The translations under genes and the position numbers were made by a program. A stretch of DNA of 63,816 nt, the filler included, from Octopus bimaculoides (lineage: Eukaryota), in the NCBI RefSeq assembly GCF_001194135.2. It is 4 parts of 4 records of this genome, joined end to end, with 100 filler letters (N's around TTAATTAATTAA, not from the genome) between each part and the next. Parts side by side here need not be neighbours in the genome. Positions count along the whole stretch, not along the records: positions 34,418 to 62,641 come from NC_068996.1; 3 more parts are not named here. One strand, given 5' to 3'. The notes beneath the pieces are model-generated. The model saw only the letters and a list, made by a program, of their open reading frames with translations. It searched no databases and was not told where the DNA came from. Each line of letters opens with the position of its first letter. Position 1 is the stretch's first letter. Shown in pieces: positions 50,691-62,641 of the stretch.

Positions 50691-52389
50691 AAAATTCTCC
50701 ATCTGAGATTCTTATGAATACGTATACACTGTTGGGTGTATGCATAGACACTTTAATCAACAGACCAACTCAACCACATATTTACAAACATCAGGACCTC
50801 TCTTAACTCAAGATGTCTTGTCGCTTTGTTAGTGACCGGCTTGAACTCTCTCAAGGAGATCTTAAATAAACTCAAAGAAAAATCATACACACATACATAC
50901 AAACACACACACATACATACACATACATACACACATACATACATACAAAAATACCCTGTTGCTGATGTTGAAAGTCCAATGAAGGAGCCTTGGTCTAGGT
51001 TAGAAACCGGCTCTTTCTCTATTGGCAAGAAAGCTTCAAATAAAACTGAATGATATTAGCCATTTTTCATACTTTCTAGGCGTAAGCAAATAGAAAATAA
51101 CAATAGTTACCCAAAGAAAAAATCTTGTTACACAAGGAAATGGGAAGTTGGACTTTTATCTGTTTTGACATTTTTAATCAAAGCTCTTTCGTCACATCTT
51201 GTGAGTTCTTCGGCGACACTTTACTATTTTTACATTTTGCCCGAAAATTCTAAGAAGCTATTTTTAGAAGATATATTTATTCTCCCATATATGTAATTTC
51301 TTTGGCATCCTTTGTCTTGAGAAACAATTGGGTTTTGCATCATTGTTAACCAGGATTTCTGCAGCAGTCCAGCACATCAGGGCATCCAGCTCTCGTACTG
51401 TTTATAGGAGGACTGAAACTACCTTCTCAGAGCATACACCTATTATATATGGATAGATATATTGGATTATTCAAATGTTAGGACCTCCTTGTTTGCCTTA
51501 GGCATTTGTTGAGTCCTTTTGGGACTTAGAAATCACTTTACATTGATTGAAACAAAAAAATAATAAGGTCTTGCTAGAGAAAAGTTCTTCATGAATATTG
51601 CTTTGAAAAATATTTCAAGCGTTTGTTTATCTGTATAAATATACAGACATGTTGTAGCGCATTTGGTAGACTGGTTCAATGCCAAATCATAAGAGGAATT
51701 TTAATATTTCTTCACAATGAATAGAGATGCTCTGTTAAGAATATTTTTAACCCTTTACTTATGATGCAGTACGAGAAAAAGTTTGGAGAAGACAGATTTA
51801 TTTGGTAGTCGAAATTGCTTTTATATATTTTCTTGTGTGTGTGTGGGGGGGTCATCAATTAGACTAGGATAGTTACACACATCCGTACAAACATTCAGAA
51901 ATACACACACATACACACGCGCNNNNNNNNNNNNNNNNNNNNNNNNNNNNNNNNNNNNNNNNNNNNNNNNNNNNNNNNNNNNNNNNNNNNNNNNNNNNNN
52001 NNNNNNNNNNNNNNNNNNNNNNNNNNNNNNNNNNNNNNNNNNNNNNNNNNNNNNNNNNNNNNNNNNNNNNNNNNNNNNNNNNNNNNNNNNNNNNNNNNNN
52101 NNNNNNNNNNNNNNNNNNNNNNNNNNNNNNNNNNNNNNNNNNNNNNNNNNNNNNNNNNNNNNNNNNNNNNNNNNNNNNNNNNNNNNNNNNNNNNNNNNNN
52201 NNNNNNNNNNNNNNNNNNNNNNNNNNNNNNNNNNNNNNNNNNNNNNNNNNNNNNNNNNNNNNNNNNNNNNNNNNNNNNNNNNNNNNNNNNNNNNNNNNNN
52301 NNNNNNNNNNNNNNNNNNNNNNNNNNNNNNNNNNNNNNNNNNNNNNNNNNNNNNNNNNNNNNNNNNNATTATTATTATTATTATTATCA

Positions 52390-52950
52390 TCATTATTATT
52401 GAACAAGAGAGCAGTGTATGCCATCAAAGTGGCACTGGGGTAAAATATACGAAGCCCATTATACCCATCATGACCACCCGTCTCATAAGGGTACACAAGA
52501 CATATGCATCACAACCATATGTGCACGACGTGGTGATCTCATATCAAGATACACAGTGCATGACCTCGCAGGTGGGGCCCAGTTAGAATTTTCTTCAGGT
52601 CGAGTCGCCCATCCTGCTCAAAAGGTCCCTGAATAAGGTTTGTTTAAGGATGTTGAGCAAAACACCCATGTTTCCAAAGGTGAATTATTCAAACCCCAAA
52701 GACTTCCTCTCAACACATGGCTATGATGCTCCCCCACTACTTCTGCTCATGATCAGAGATGCACATATCGTCAGCCACCGAGAGACATACTTAACTGGTT
52801 AAGGTCAAACAACTGACAAGCAAATCTGTGGTATTGAGCAGAATATTTGCTGTAGCCCATCTTTTATACCAAGACAAAACAATGTACATGATAACACTTC
52901 CAATCAATTTAGATCACAAGCCATGGGAGCCAGTGCCTGGTGCTGCATTA
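52390..52950 (-). repeat. unclassified (AAT)n-tailed interspersed repeat
   Basis: 52390-52520 is homologous to 43545-43660 in opposite orientation. The left boundary is the (TTA)n tract; the right boundary is approximate. Confidence 0.55.
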
Positions 52951-53324
52951 TCATAAAGTCTCTACCGCTTAATTTGGCATCTTGGGAAACTTAATGCTTA
53001 GATCAATTTGCATGGCATAAAATGTGTCATGGTGCATCAAAACAATTTGTGTTGAAGAAATAAAACAATAAAAGAATTACACCTTGTAATCTACAGACCC
53101 ATTTGCCCAATCGCATGCAAAATCAAAATCATCTGTGTCTCTATTGTGACTTCATAGAAAAATCCATACCTGGACTCAAATTACATTCATGCATCCACCA
53201 CAAATAGATGCAACTTTACTTTTATAGTTGTTCTTCTTTCTCTTTCTTTTCTTTTTCCTCTCCTTCAAACACTCATACGTCGAAATCGACGAGAGTGACC
53301 ATCATCATTACCATCATTATTATT

Positions 53325-53490
53325 AGCTGCCGGAATTGGTAGAGCAACGGAAAAATTTTTTGTGGTATTTTTACGTTCTGTGTTCAAATTCTAGCGGGAT
53401 GAACTTAGCCTTCCATCCCGTCAGGATCGAAAGGATAAAGCATCTTTCAAGTACTGAGGGCGATATCGACAAACACCCACCCATTCAAAA
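53325..53490 (+). mobile_element. SINE family C, degenerate
   Basis: ttacgttctgtgttcaaattc...gccttccatcccgtcaggatcga core. Confidence 0.55.
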
Positions 53491-53584
53491 TTGCTATTTG
53501 TTCTTTCTGACTTCACGATCATATTTGGTCTTCTTGCCCGATTATATGGCCAGTTTTTATGGAGAAGTCCCATGAAATCCAATA

Positions 53585-54400
53585 ATTATTATAACTTATC
53601 ACAACCTCCGGCTTGTGTTCATACCAATTTCCAGTAACTTTGCATCAGCTAATTTGTCTAACATTCCAATAAATTCTTTTACCGACCAAGTCATGCTTGA
53701 ATTTATACTCCCCCTGTGCTAGCTTACTACACTCACTTAAGAGATTGTTTATATTTTCGTCCACCGTTTTATCAATCCTTGTTTTTATCAAATTCATTTT
53801 AAAAGTTTCTTCCTGAGCATTTATATTTGGCAATTCAGTTTCTTGTTTCAAGTTTCCGTCTATTTGTTACAGCCATTTCTTTACTTCTACCATCTTCGAT
53901 TTGTTGCATGAATTTCTTTGTCTTTTCAGAAATTTGGCATGTAACTTTTTCTATTCATTATTTCAGTAATGCATTCCATATTTCTCGTTGCACATAACAA
54001 TTTATTTCTCTGCGCACAACAAAATTTTGATACAGTCTTGCCGATTTCTCTTCTTGGTAAATTGAGTATGCCAGTATAGCGTTTAGATTGGCGTGTGTTA
54101 TGCATTGTCGGTAACCTCCTAATTCTTCTCCTCAATTTATGCAGTCCATTATTTATGCACTTTAATAAAAGGAGAAGAGAAGCTCAATGCTGGTATGTTT
54201 CACATATTGATTACCTTAGTAATTGAATTTCCATTTAATTTTGTTTCTCGATCTATCTTAACCATTCTCCTCTATGTTTTGGAAATTTTATAATTTCTTT
54301 TATACTATCGTTCCACAGCACACTTGGTACTTGTATCTCATGTTCTCTTTTGGTATTGTCCCGTCTTTATTCCATTAGATTTAAACTTTCGACTTCTCTT
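53585..54400 (-). pseudogene. R4/Dong-like LINE fragment (RT C-terminus to zinc knuckle)
   Basis: LPTMHNTRQSKRYTGILNLPRREIG and AQEETFKMNLIKTRIDKT...INNLLSECSKLAQGEYKFKHDLVGKRIYWN. Confidence 0.8.
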
Positions 54401-54799
54401 GATAATTAAAACTGTACACTCACCAAACTACATACCAACACCTTTGATAAATATCCTTAATGTTTGAACAAGAAAATAAAGATTTTTATTTTTCGAGTGT
54501 TTTAAGATTCGCTAATATAACATACTATTGATTTTCAGAGTGCCTGATGATCAATGGAGCCTATTGAAAGACTAACAACTTTTTTTAATAGAAAAAGCAA
54601 TGAGATCATGGAAAATAAAACTAAAGTGTACAAATGAATCGTTGGGAATTGCAAAAAATCCGGAGGAGATTATTCAAAGAGATTAACTCTTGCCATCATA
54701 CTATCCGTGATTGTATTAATATATTTTTTAAGAAGCAGATTGAGAAAATCCAGATCCGCTTTTGAGTTTGCAAAGAACGATGAGAAAAGAGGCATCAAT

Positions 54800-54800
54800 T

Positions 54801-54846
<46 letters not shown>

Positions 54847-54886
54847 CCATCATCACCACCATCTCCATCATCATCATCATCATCAA

Positions 54887-54961
<75 letters not shown>

Positions 54962-54970
54962 TATTATTAT
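54800..54970. repeat. (CAT)n microsatellite grading into (TAT)n
   Basis: Directly visible; forms the tail of the LINE at 54975. Confidence 0.95.
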
Positions 54971-54974
54971 TCAG

Positions 54975-55455
54975 TAGTTTTATTTTTATAACGTGCTTTC
55001 ACTTCACTACCGAGCGAGGCTCTGTGTGCCTTGGGTATGTGCTGTGGTTTGCTGTGATGCTCTTATGGTTACTGTATTGAAAGTGTTTTGCGTAGGATGT
55101 GTGCAGTACCCAGTAGTGCAATTTTCTGTATGTTATATATATTTGTAAGTCCTGCTATTTTTGTTATGTATTTCTCTGAATATTTTTTTATTATACCTAA
55201 GGCACCTACTATGATAGGAATTGTTTCTGTTTTTAGATTCCACATTCGAGTTACCTCTATTTCCAGGTCTTTGTATTTTGAAAGCTTTTCCATTTCTTTT
55301 AGGGAAACGTTGTCATCTGCTTGGTATTGATACATGAATTAGAAAGCATTGTTTTTTCTTCATGATCTCTGATAACTATATCTGGCCTATTGACCTTAAT
55401 TTCTCTGTGTGTATTGGCATATCCCAGAGTATGGTTGCTTTCTCGTTTTCTGTGA

Positions 55456-55457
<2 letters not shown>
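54975..55457 (-). pseudogene. 5'-truncated RLE LINE 3' end embedded in (AAT)n
   Basis: ILWDMPIHT and KEMEKLSKYKDLEIEVTRMWNLKTETIPIIVGALG...IQKIALLGTAHILRKTLSIQ*; (AAT)n on both sides of the element strand. Confidence 0.9.
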
Positions 55458-55517
<60 letters not shown>

Positions 55518-55809
55518 NNNNNNNNNNNNNNNNNNNNNNNNNNNNNNNNNNNNNNNNNNNNNNNNNNNNNNNNNNNNNNNNNNNNNNNNNNNNNNNNNNN
55601 NNNNNNNNNNNNNNNNNNNNNNNNNNNNNNNNNNNNNNNNNNNNNNNNNNNNNNNNNNNNNNNNNNNNNNNNNNNNNNNNNNNNNNNNNNNNNNNNNNNN
55701 NNNNNNNNNNNNNNNNNNNNNNNNNNNNNNNNNNNNNNNNNNNNNNNNNNNNNNNNNNNNNNNNNNNNNNNNNNNNNNNNNNNNNNNNNNNNNNNNNNNN
55801 NNNNNNNNN

Positions 55810-55899
<90 letters not shown>

Positions 55900-56225
55900 T
55901 GCTACGCAAAAGAGATTAAACTGCTGGAAAAAATAGAAATTCACAACATCAGACTACAACAAGTAACCTTAGATGTCAAGAACATTCCTTAATAACACTG
56001 CTTTCTGGAACCTCCTTTGTCCATTTTTTCAAATCTTTTGAAATAGTTCCTAATGCAACTATAACAATACTTCTCATATTGACTTTTTCATCATTTGGGA
56101 CAGTAAAGTCAATTACCTGGTACTTTTTATCCTCTTTGTCCGCTACTACTAAATGAAGTCTTCTAGCTTCTATTAGTTTGTCAGTCTGAATGTTAAAACC
56201 CTACAACATATTTCTTACTTTCTAG
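55900..56225 (-). pseudogene. RLE LINE 3' fragment
   Basis: NIQTDKLIEARRLHLVVADKEDKKYQVIDFTVPND and IVIVALGTISKDLKKW; (AAT)n tail. Confidence 0.7.
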
Positions 56226-56231
56226 CACTTT

Positions 56232-56385
56232 GAACAGATTGATAGCAGAAATAGGCACGAGATCTAGTTTAGTGCAGCTCCAGAAAACCGTGTTTTCAGA
56301 TAAAGTTTGGATACTTAAGAAGATTCTTGGCATCTAGGTGACTTGTTGTTGCTCGATGTTAGCAATTTTTGTTGTGCGGGTTTGA
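56232..56385 (+). pseudogene. RLE LINE extreme 3' end
   Basis: LVQLQKTVFSDKVWILKKILGI*. The 3' UTR resembles that of 55900-55990 and ends in (AAT)n. Confidence 0.65.
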
Positions 56386-56404
56386 AATAATAATAATAAT
56401 AATA

Positions 56405-56600
56405 ATCCTTTCTACCATAAGCACAAGGTATGAATTTTAAGAGGAGGAAGATAATCAATTACATCAATCCCAGTACTCAACTGGTACTTATTCTATCGAC
56501 GGCAAAGTTGTACTCGGCGGACTTTGAACACAGAAGTTAAAGACTGACGAAATCCCGCTAGGTATTTCGCCCAGCGTGTAAACGATTCTGCCATCTCGCA
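56405..56600 (-). mobile_element. SINE family C
   Basis: Reverse complement of the family C consensus. Confidence 0.8.
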
Positions 56601-56655
56601 GAATAATAACAACAATAATAATAATAATACTAATAATAATACTACTAATAATAAT

Positions 56656-56713
<58 letters not shown>

Positions 56714-58088
56714 TCAGCAGCAGCAGCAGCAACAACAACAACAACAAAAACAACAACAACAACAACAACAATAATAATCATAATAATCCTTTCTACTAAA
56801 GGCACAATCGAACTGCTGGAAAAGGTAGCTAAATCTCCCCCGAAAGACCATAACGTCATAGAATGAGAAAGGATATACTAGATTATGGTAATCCTAGATA
56901 ACACTAAAACCGTGGGGCATTCACCATTAGCATGCTCCTTTCGATCATAGGTCTGCCTGATCAATCGCATCTTCCTCAGTCTTCAATTTCTTCATCATAT
57001 ACGAAAGGTTATACATACAAACAAACAGGTAAGCAGAATGCACAACAACTTGGCTTGTTACGATGGAAACAATCTCCAATATGTATGGCATTCAATTGGT
57101 TAAAATTAATCAAAATTTTCAAACTTTAGAAGCAATTTATTTATTTATTTAAGGCAGAAAGGAATTTCATTTCCATTATTAGCATACAAAACTACATCAA
57201 TACACCAAATTTCAAATGAATTGGAATAAAATTGAAGAAACTGAAAAGAGAAAGTCAAACAGAAAAGATCCGTAAAAGTATAATAGTGTATTTATTATAA
57301 ATATATTAAGAAAGACATCACATTCTTTTTAAAATATTATTTCTGCAGAAGTACTCTTAAAGGTTTGAAAACTAAAAGATTATCAAAAATAGAGTAAGGA
57401 TGCAGAATATTTGGTAATCTTTCACATGTTCTAAATATAATATATATCAGCATCACATAGAAAAATGAAAAATAAAGAATTACAAGTTAAATGTGTTTCC
57501 GTAATCAATAACACACACATAGACACACAAAAAGAAAAATGGGGAAAAAAATTAAGAATAAACTAAATACAAGGAAGTACGAAGAAAGATATCTTCAGAT
57601 ATCTGCCGATAGCATTACCGCAAGAAGTGAAGCAAGTAAATAAAGAAATAAAAATATTTAAAAAATGAGTTGTAAGACAAAAACAAAAAAAAAAACGAAG
57701 AAAAATACCAAGGAAGATAAATGTGTGGTGGGGTAAAAAAAAATAGAGACAAATAAAATGGTGGATAGAAGAATAGAATAAACAATCGCTTCAGTTTTTG
57801 GAAAACATTCGATGGAGAAACTTTTCATCAGAACTTAGCTTTTGGCTGAAATAATTTTTAAGAAGACAAAGAAAAAAAAAAGAAAAAAAGAAACAAAACC
57901 AGAAGAAAAAGAGCAACAAAGAATTTTATGCATTTATTTATGTACGTGTTTGTATGTATGTAGGCATGTTTGTGAAGGAGTGTATGTATGTATGTTTGTA
58001 TGTATGTATTCTCTCTATATAAAACTTATGCATACATACATATATATACGTACATATATATGCATACATATATACATATACATACATT

Positions 58089-58128
<40 letters not shown>

Positions 58129-58491
58129 TATATACGTACATATATATGTATATCTATATATGGATGTTAAGCATTCATATATGTATACGTATTTATGCAT
58201 AAATATATGAGTATCTATACATATGTACATTAATACACGCATATATATATATATATATATGTATATATGTACATTTAATGTATATTATTTGTATGTAAGG
58301 CATCTATACTTATGTATATATAAATATATATCTGTTTGTAAGAATATATATATATGTATGTGTGTGCGTATATGCACACACGCACACACATACGTGCACA
58401 CACATACGTGCACACACATGTACATGTAAGTTCTTCAAACTCTATCTCGCTATCCCTCTCCCTCTGTCTCTATACACACACAGACACACAT

Positions 58492-58535
<44 letters not shown>

Positions 58536-59126
58536 TTGAGTTTGTGTAGTTGTCATATATTGTCGACAAATGTAGAAAGCTTCGCCAGTGGTTAAATTTA
58601 TTTAATAGGAGAAAAATAGAACAGGAAAGAAATGAAAAAAGAAACTGAATCAACAACAACAGGAGCAAAAGAAAGAAGGAAAAGAGGAGAATATAAAGAA
58701 GTCATCTTTTTTTTCCTTTTGCTTATTTTGTTCAAGTATCCAGTGAAGTGTCTTTATCAAGAAGATGGTCGAATGAAGCCATATTGATGGGAAGTATCGA
58801 CAGACACTGGCAATTTCTCAGTGATGATTCGTTTGAAAATTTCCTACCAAGAGTTTTGTGTCTTGATATGATTCAAAGAAGCCTCATAGTATTGTTTATC
58901 ATGCTGATGAAATTTCTGGTCATTGGGACGAGAAAGCGGAAAAAAAAAGAAAAAGAAAACAACAGCAAAAACGACGAAAAAGAACAACTTGTGGTTTTAT
59001 AAAACAAACGAAAAATATATAAAAATAGTAACATGAAAATATGTCAACTAAAATGAAATAAAACAGCAAGAGAAGCAGCAAGCAAAAATACTAACAAATA
59101 AAAGAAACTGAGTTTTTTAATAATGA

Positions 59127-59158
<32 letters not shown>

Positions 59159-59182
59159 AATAATAACAACTATATCTACAAC

Positions 59183-59244
<62 letters not shown>

Positions 59245-59254
<10 letters not shown>

Positions 59255-59725
59255 CATTGATATTATCATTATTATCACTATTATATTTTGATGCAAACTG
59301 ACGTCTAAGAGAGCATCACGAATAAAATGATTAAAAAGAATTCATTTATTTCCCACGCCCCAATTCACAAAAAGGATTTAGCGAAAGATTTTAGATTTGC
59401 TTCGGGGTGAGAAAATGGTTTGCCTTTTGGATATTTTAAACTGTTTATCTATTTTGGGATAAATTGGTTCTACATCAGGGCAACTATTATTATTGTTATT
59501 ATTAATATTGATATCATTATTACATTTTGATGCGAACAGACATCTAAGAGAGCATTATGAATAAAATGATTTTCAAAAGATTTGACTTATTCTCTATCCC
59601 CTAATCCACAAAAAGGATTTAGCGGAAGGATTTTTTGTTCGTTTTGGAGTTGGTCGAGTTAACTGTCTGGGGGAGAAAATGATTTGTCCTTTCGATATTT
59701 TAAACTGTTTATCCATTTTTGATAT
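59245..59725. repeat. diverged tandem duplication, unit about 240 bp
   Basis: ttttgatgc.aac.gac.tctaagagagcat and cacaaaaaggatttagcg occur at about 59286/59366 and 59525/59607. Confidence 0.8.
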
Positions 59726-60036
59726 GTAGTCATTGCAGTATTTTTCCGCATTGCGAGTTGGTCGCTTCAGAGGTTGTAGTAGAAGCTACTCGGTAGAATA
59801 GTAGTGTTGGTGGCAGTGGTGTAAACAAGTAGATCCTGATATATTTTGAAACGAAAAAAGTCAAATAGAAGATCCAAGGTTAAACATTAAGTATTGGAAG
59901 AATTAATTTAAAATAAAAATAATGCAATGCGAAGTACAATGGTGGCACCGTTACCACTACCACAAACATCAGCAACATTCCATTTCCAAACTTTGTGGCG
60001 AAAGAGGAGTGACTCGATTTGATCCAGCTCATAAAA

Positions 60037-60133
60037 AAGAATATGTGGAGGAGGTAGGTAACAGAAAACAGTGCTTTCTAGCTTTAAAAATTCCTTAGGG
60101 AAAGAGGTCTTTGTTTCTCGAGTAAAGGCGGGA
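60037..60133 (-). pseudogene. possible Penelope-like ORF fragment (post-thumb region)
   Basis: PAFTRETKTSFPKEFLKLESTVF...PPPHIL resembles the Penelope segment PPFSKNVKTNIxKxFLKLIDKHFPPxHxL. By-eye match only. Confidence 0.3.
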
Positions 60134-60875
60134 GCTTCCATATCTCCTGAAGGTACATATCTAAAGAGGGATGTGCAATGATGCATAGGCCCCGCAGAAA
60201 TAGACACTGACGATGACGTCGATCCTTGGTTTGCTATGACCTTTGCACAACACAACGGCGTGGAGGTGCCCTGAAACTATATTATGGGTGGGGGTTTTCA
60301 TAAACATACTAATCCTCAAAACTAAAACCCTATTTTAGGGGATGTGCCCTATTGAATGGGCGGATAGGATATCAATGAAACTACTGCTGCAGAGCAGAAG
60401 GCTCAGTTGCTACACATTTTGTAGTAAAGGCTACTTGAAGGCTATTTTTACCTTCATAAGAAAGAATCAACAAAAGTTAGGGGCAAACAGCATCAAAAGC
60501 AGCAGCGGCGGCAGCGACATCGCTAAACTTAGAAGTGAAGGGCACAGTTCAAGGTCTCTGGTGGGCTCTGTTTTGAGGGAAAGACACTAAATCTTCTCAG
60601 ACATATCTGGCTTCAGAACGTGACATGATTTGTTTGGTTGTACTGACTTTTGTCGGAGACACGACCCATATTACTTTTCAGCACAGCTCTACAACATTTG
60701 CTATAATAGAGAGGAAAAAGGGAAAGGAAGAGGTGGGAAGTTTTGGGAATATTCAGCAAATGTGAGAAGAAAATCAAAAATGAAATATGAAAAAAGATAC
60801 GCCAGAAACTGGAATTCTCACAGGAAGGGTGCCTATTCTAACGAAATAACCAAATTTTATGATGATCATTTTGTA

Positions 60876-61004
60876 GTGTTTCTTTATACTCCATATGATT
60901 CTGATATGGGGATCAGTAATTACGGCAAATTCTCTCTTGAAGTCCAGGGCTTTCAGAAAGATAAACTTAGATGTCGCAGTATAAAATTCTTCAATATCGA
61001 ATTG
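60876..61004 (-). pseudogene. possible Penelope-like reverse transcriptase fragment (motif 3 region)
   Basis: QFDIEEFYTATSKFIFLKALDFKREFAVITDPHIRIIWSIKKH aligns without gaps to the recalled Penelope pattern QFDIEEFYPSISKxLLxKALDFAxxFxxIxDxxIxIIxHxRKS. Confidence 0.5.
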
Positions 61005-62080
61005 GGGAACCTTCACGTACCTTATTTTAAATGCCACGGATGGTGGCGATATCTCTTATATATTGTCACAGTCTGATGATACTTTACATCTTGAGGTTGA
61101 CATCATCGAGACTACGGCCGTTGACTATTTATTATTCACTTTCTATAGTTGTGATTATTAAGATCTACATTAAGAACGCAATGTAAGGCGATCTGTGCGT
61201 TTTTCTAGATTCAAATGGAAAACTAGATCTTTCATTTCCATGGATGAAGCGTTGTGGGGGTTCTTTTTAAACATATCATGAGTGTTATGAGAATAGCGAA
61301 TGTGGTGGTGCTTAGTTCTTACATGCTTTTTATTTCTTTGCAAATATATATATATATATATATATANNNNNNNNNNNNNNNNNNNNNNNNNNNNNNNNNN
61401 NNNNNNNNNNNNNNNNNNNNNNNNNNNNNNNNNNNNNNNNNNNNNNNNNNNNNNNNNNNNNNNNNNNNNNNNNNNNNNNNNNNNNNNNNNNNNNNNNNNN
61501 NNNNNNNNNNNNNNNNNNNNNNNNNNNNNNNNNNNNNNNNNNNNNNNNNNNNNNNNNNNNNNNNNNNNNNNNNNNNNNNNNNNNNNNNNNNNNNNNNNNN
61601 NNNNNNNNNNNNNNNNNNNNNNNNNNNNNNNNNNNNNNNNNNNNNNNNNNNNNNNNNNNNNNNNNNNNNNNNNNNNNNNNNNNNNNNNNNNNNNNNNNNN
61701 NNNNNNNNNNNNNNNNNNNNNNNNNNNNNNNNNNNNNNNNNNNNNNNNNNNNNNNNNNNNNNNNNNNNNNNNNNNNNNNNNNNNNNNNNNNNNNNNNNNN
61801 NNNNNNNNNNNNNNNNNNNNNNNNNNNNNNNNNNNNNNNNNNNNNNNNNNNNNNNNNNNNNNNNNNNNNNNNNNNNNNNNNNNNNNNNNNNNNNNNNNNN
61901 NNNNNNNNNNNNNNNNNNNNNNNNNNNNNNNNNNNNNNNNNNTATATATATATATATATATATATATTTAAATAAGGGTGAACAATTGACTATTAATTTG
62001 ATTAATATCAATTTAAAACCAGTGGCCTAGCAAATTGAAAAATCTGAAGATTCAGAAAAATTATATTACATACATATAAT

Positions 62081-62622
62081 AGGGATGACCACTAAGTGGA
62101 CATCCATTATGCTAGATGTAAACCTCATATGATCTGACCACTAAGAAAAGATTGTTCTCAAGAAAATTCACCAAACGCCAGAGCATAAGCGAGAAAGACA
62201 AATGAAAAGATACAAAATATAAAGATTAATAACATACCTGATTTCATTGTTACCACTTACGTAATACTTACGTAAATGTCCACAATTCATCTGTGTGATC
62301 GTCATAGCAAAATATAATTTGCAGAACTATACACGAGACGTTCGTATGAGATTGAACATTATGCTAGATGTAGACCCCATATGGTCTGACCAGTAAGAAA
62401 AGATTGTTCTCAAGAAATTGCGGACATTAACGTAAGTATTACGTAAGTGGTAACAATGAAACCGGGAATGTGATTAATCATTATATTTTGTATCTTTTCA
62501 TTTGTCTTGCTCGCTTACGTTCTGGCGTTTGCTGAATTTTCTTGAGAACAATCTTTTCTTAGTGGCCAGACCATATGGGGTCTACATTTAGCATAATGGA
62601 TGTCCACTTAGTGGTCATCCCT
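62081..62622. repeat. foldback element, about 205-bp arms, with an internal third partial copy
   Basis: agggatgaccactaagtggacatccattatgcta... is mirrored at 62417-62622. 62357-62416 directly repeats 62107-62166. (TA)n on the right. Confidence 0.92.
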
Positions 62623-62641
62623 CCTATATATATATATATAT

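Noticed and set aside
50970-51016. Hammerhead variant CCAAUGA...AGCCU/AGGUU...GAAACCGG
   Set aside because: Two invariant core bases differ, spacing is irregular and stem I is not evident.
60630-61076. 148-aa plus-strand ORF as a gene
   Set aside because: Non-ATG start, no recognisable domain, and it overlaps the antisense Penelope-like match.
61018-61110. Protocadherin exon (YLILNATDGG...TLHLEVD)
   Set aside because: Only one short motif, no DxNDN or LDRE in frame, and stops nearby upstream. Protocadherin ectodomain exons are long open frames.
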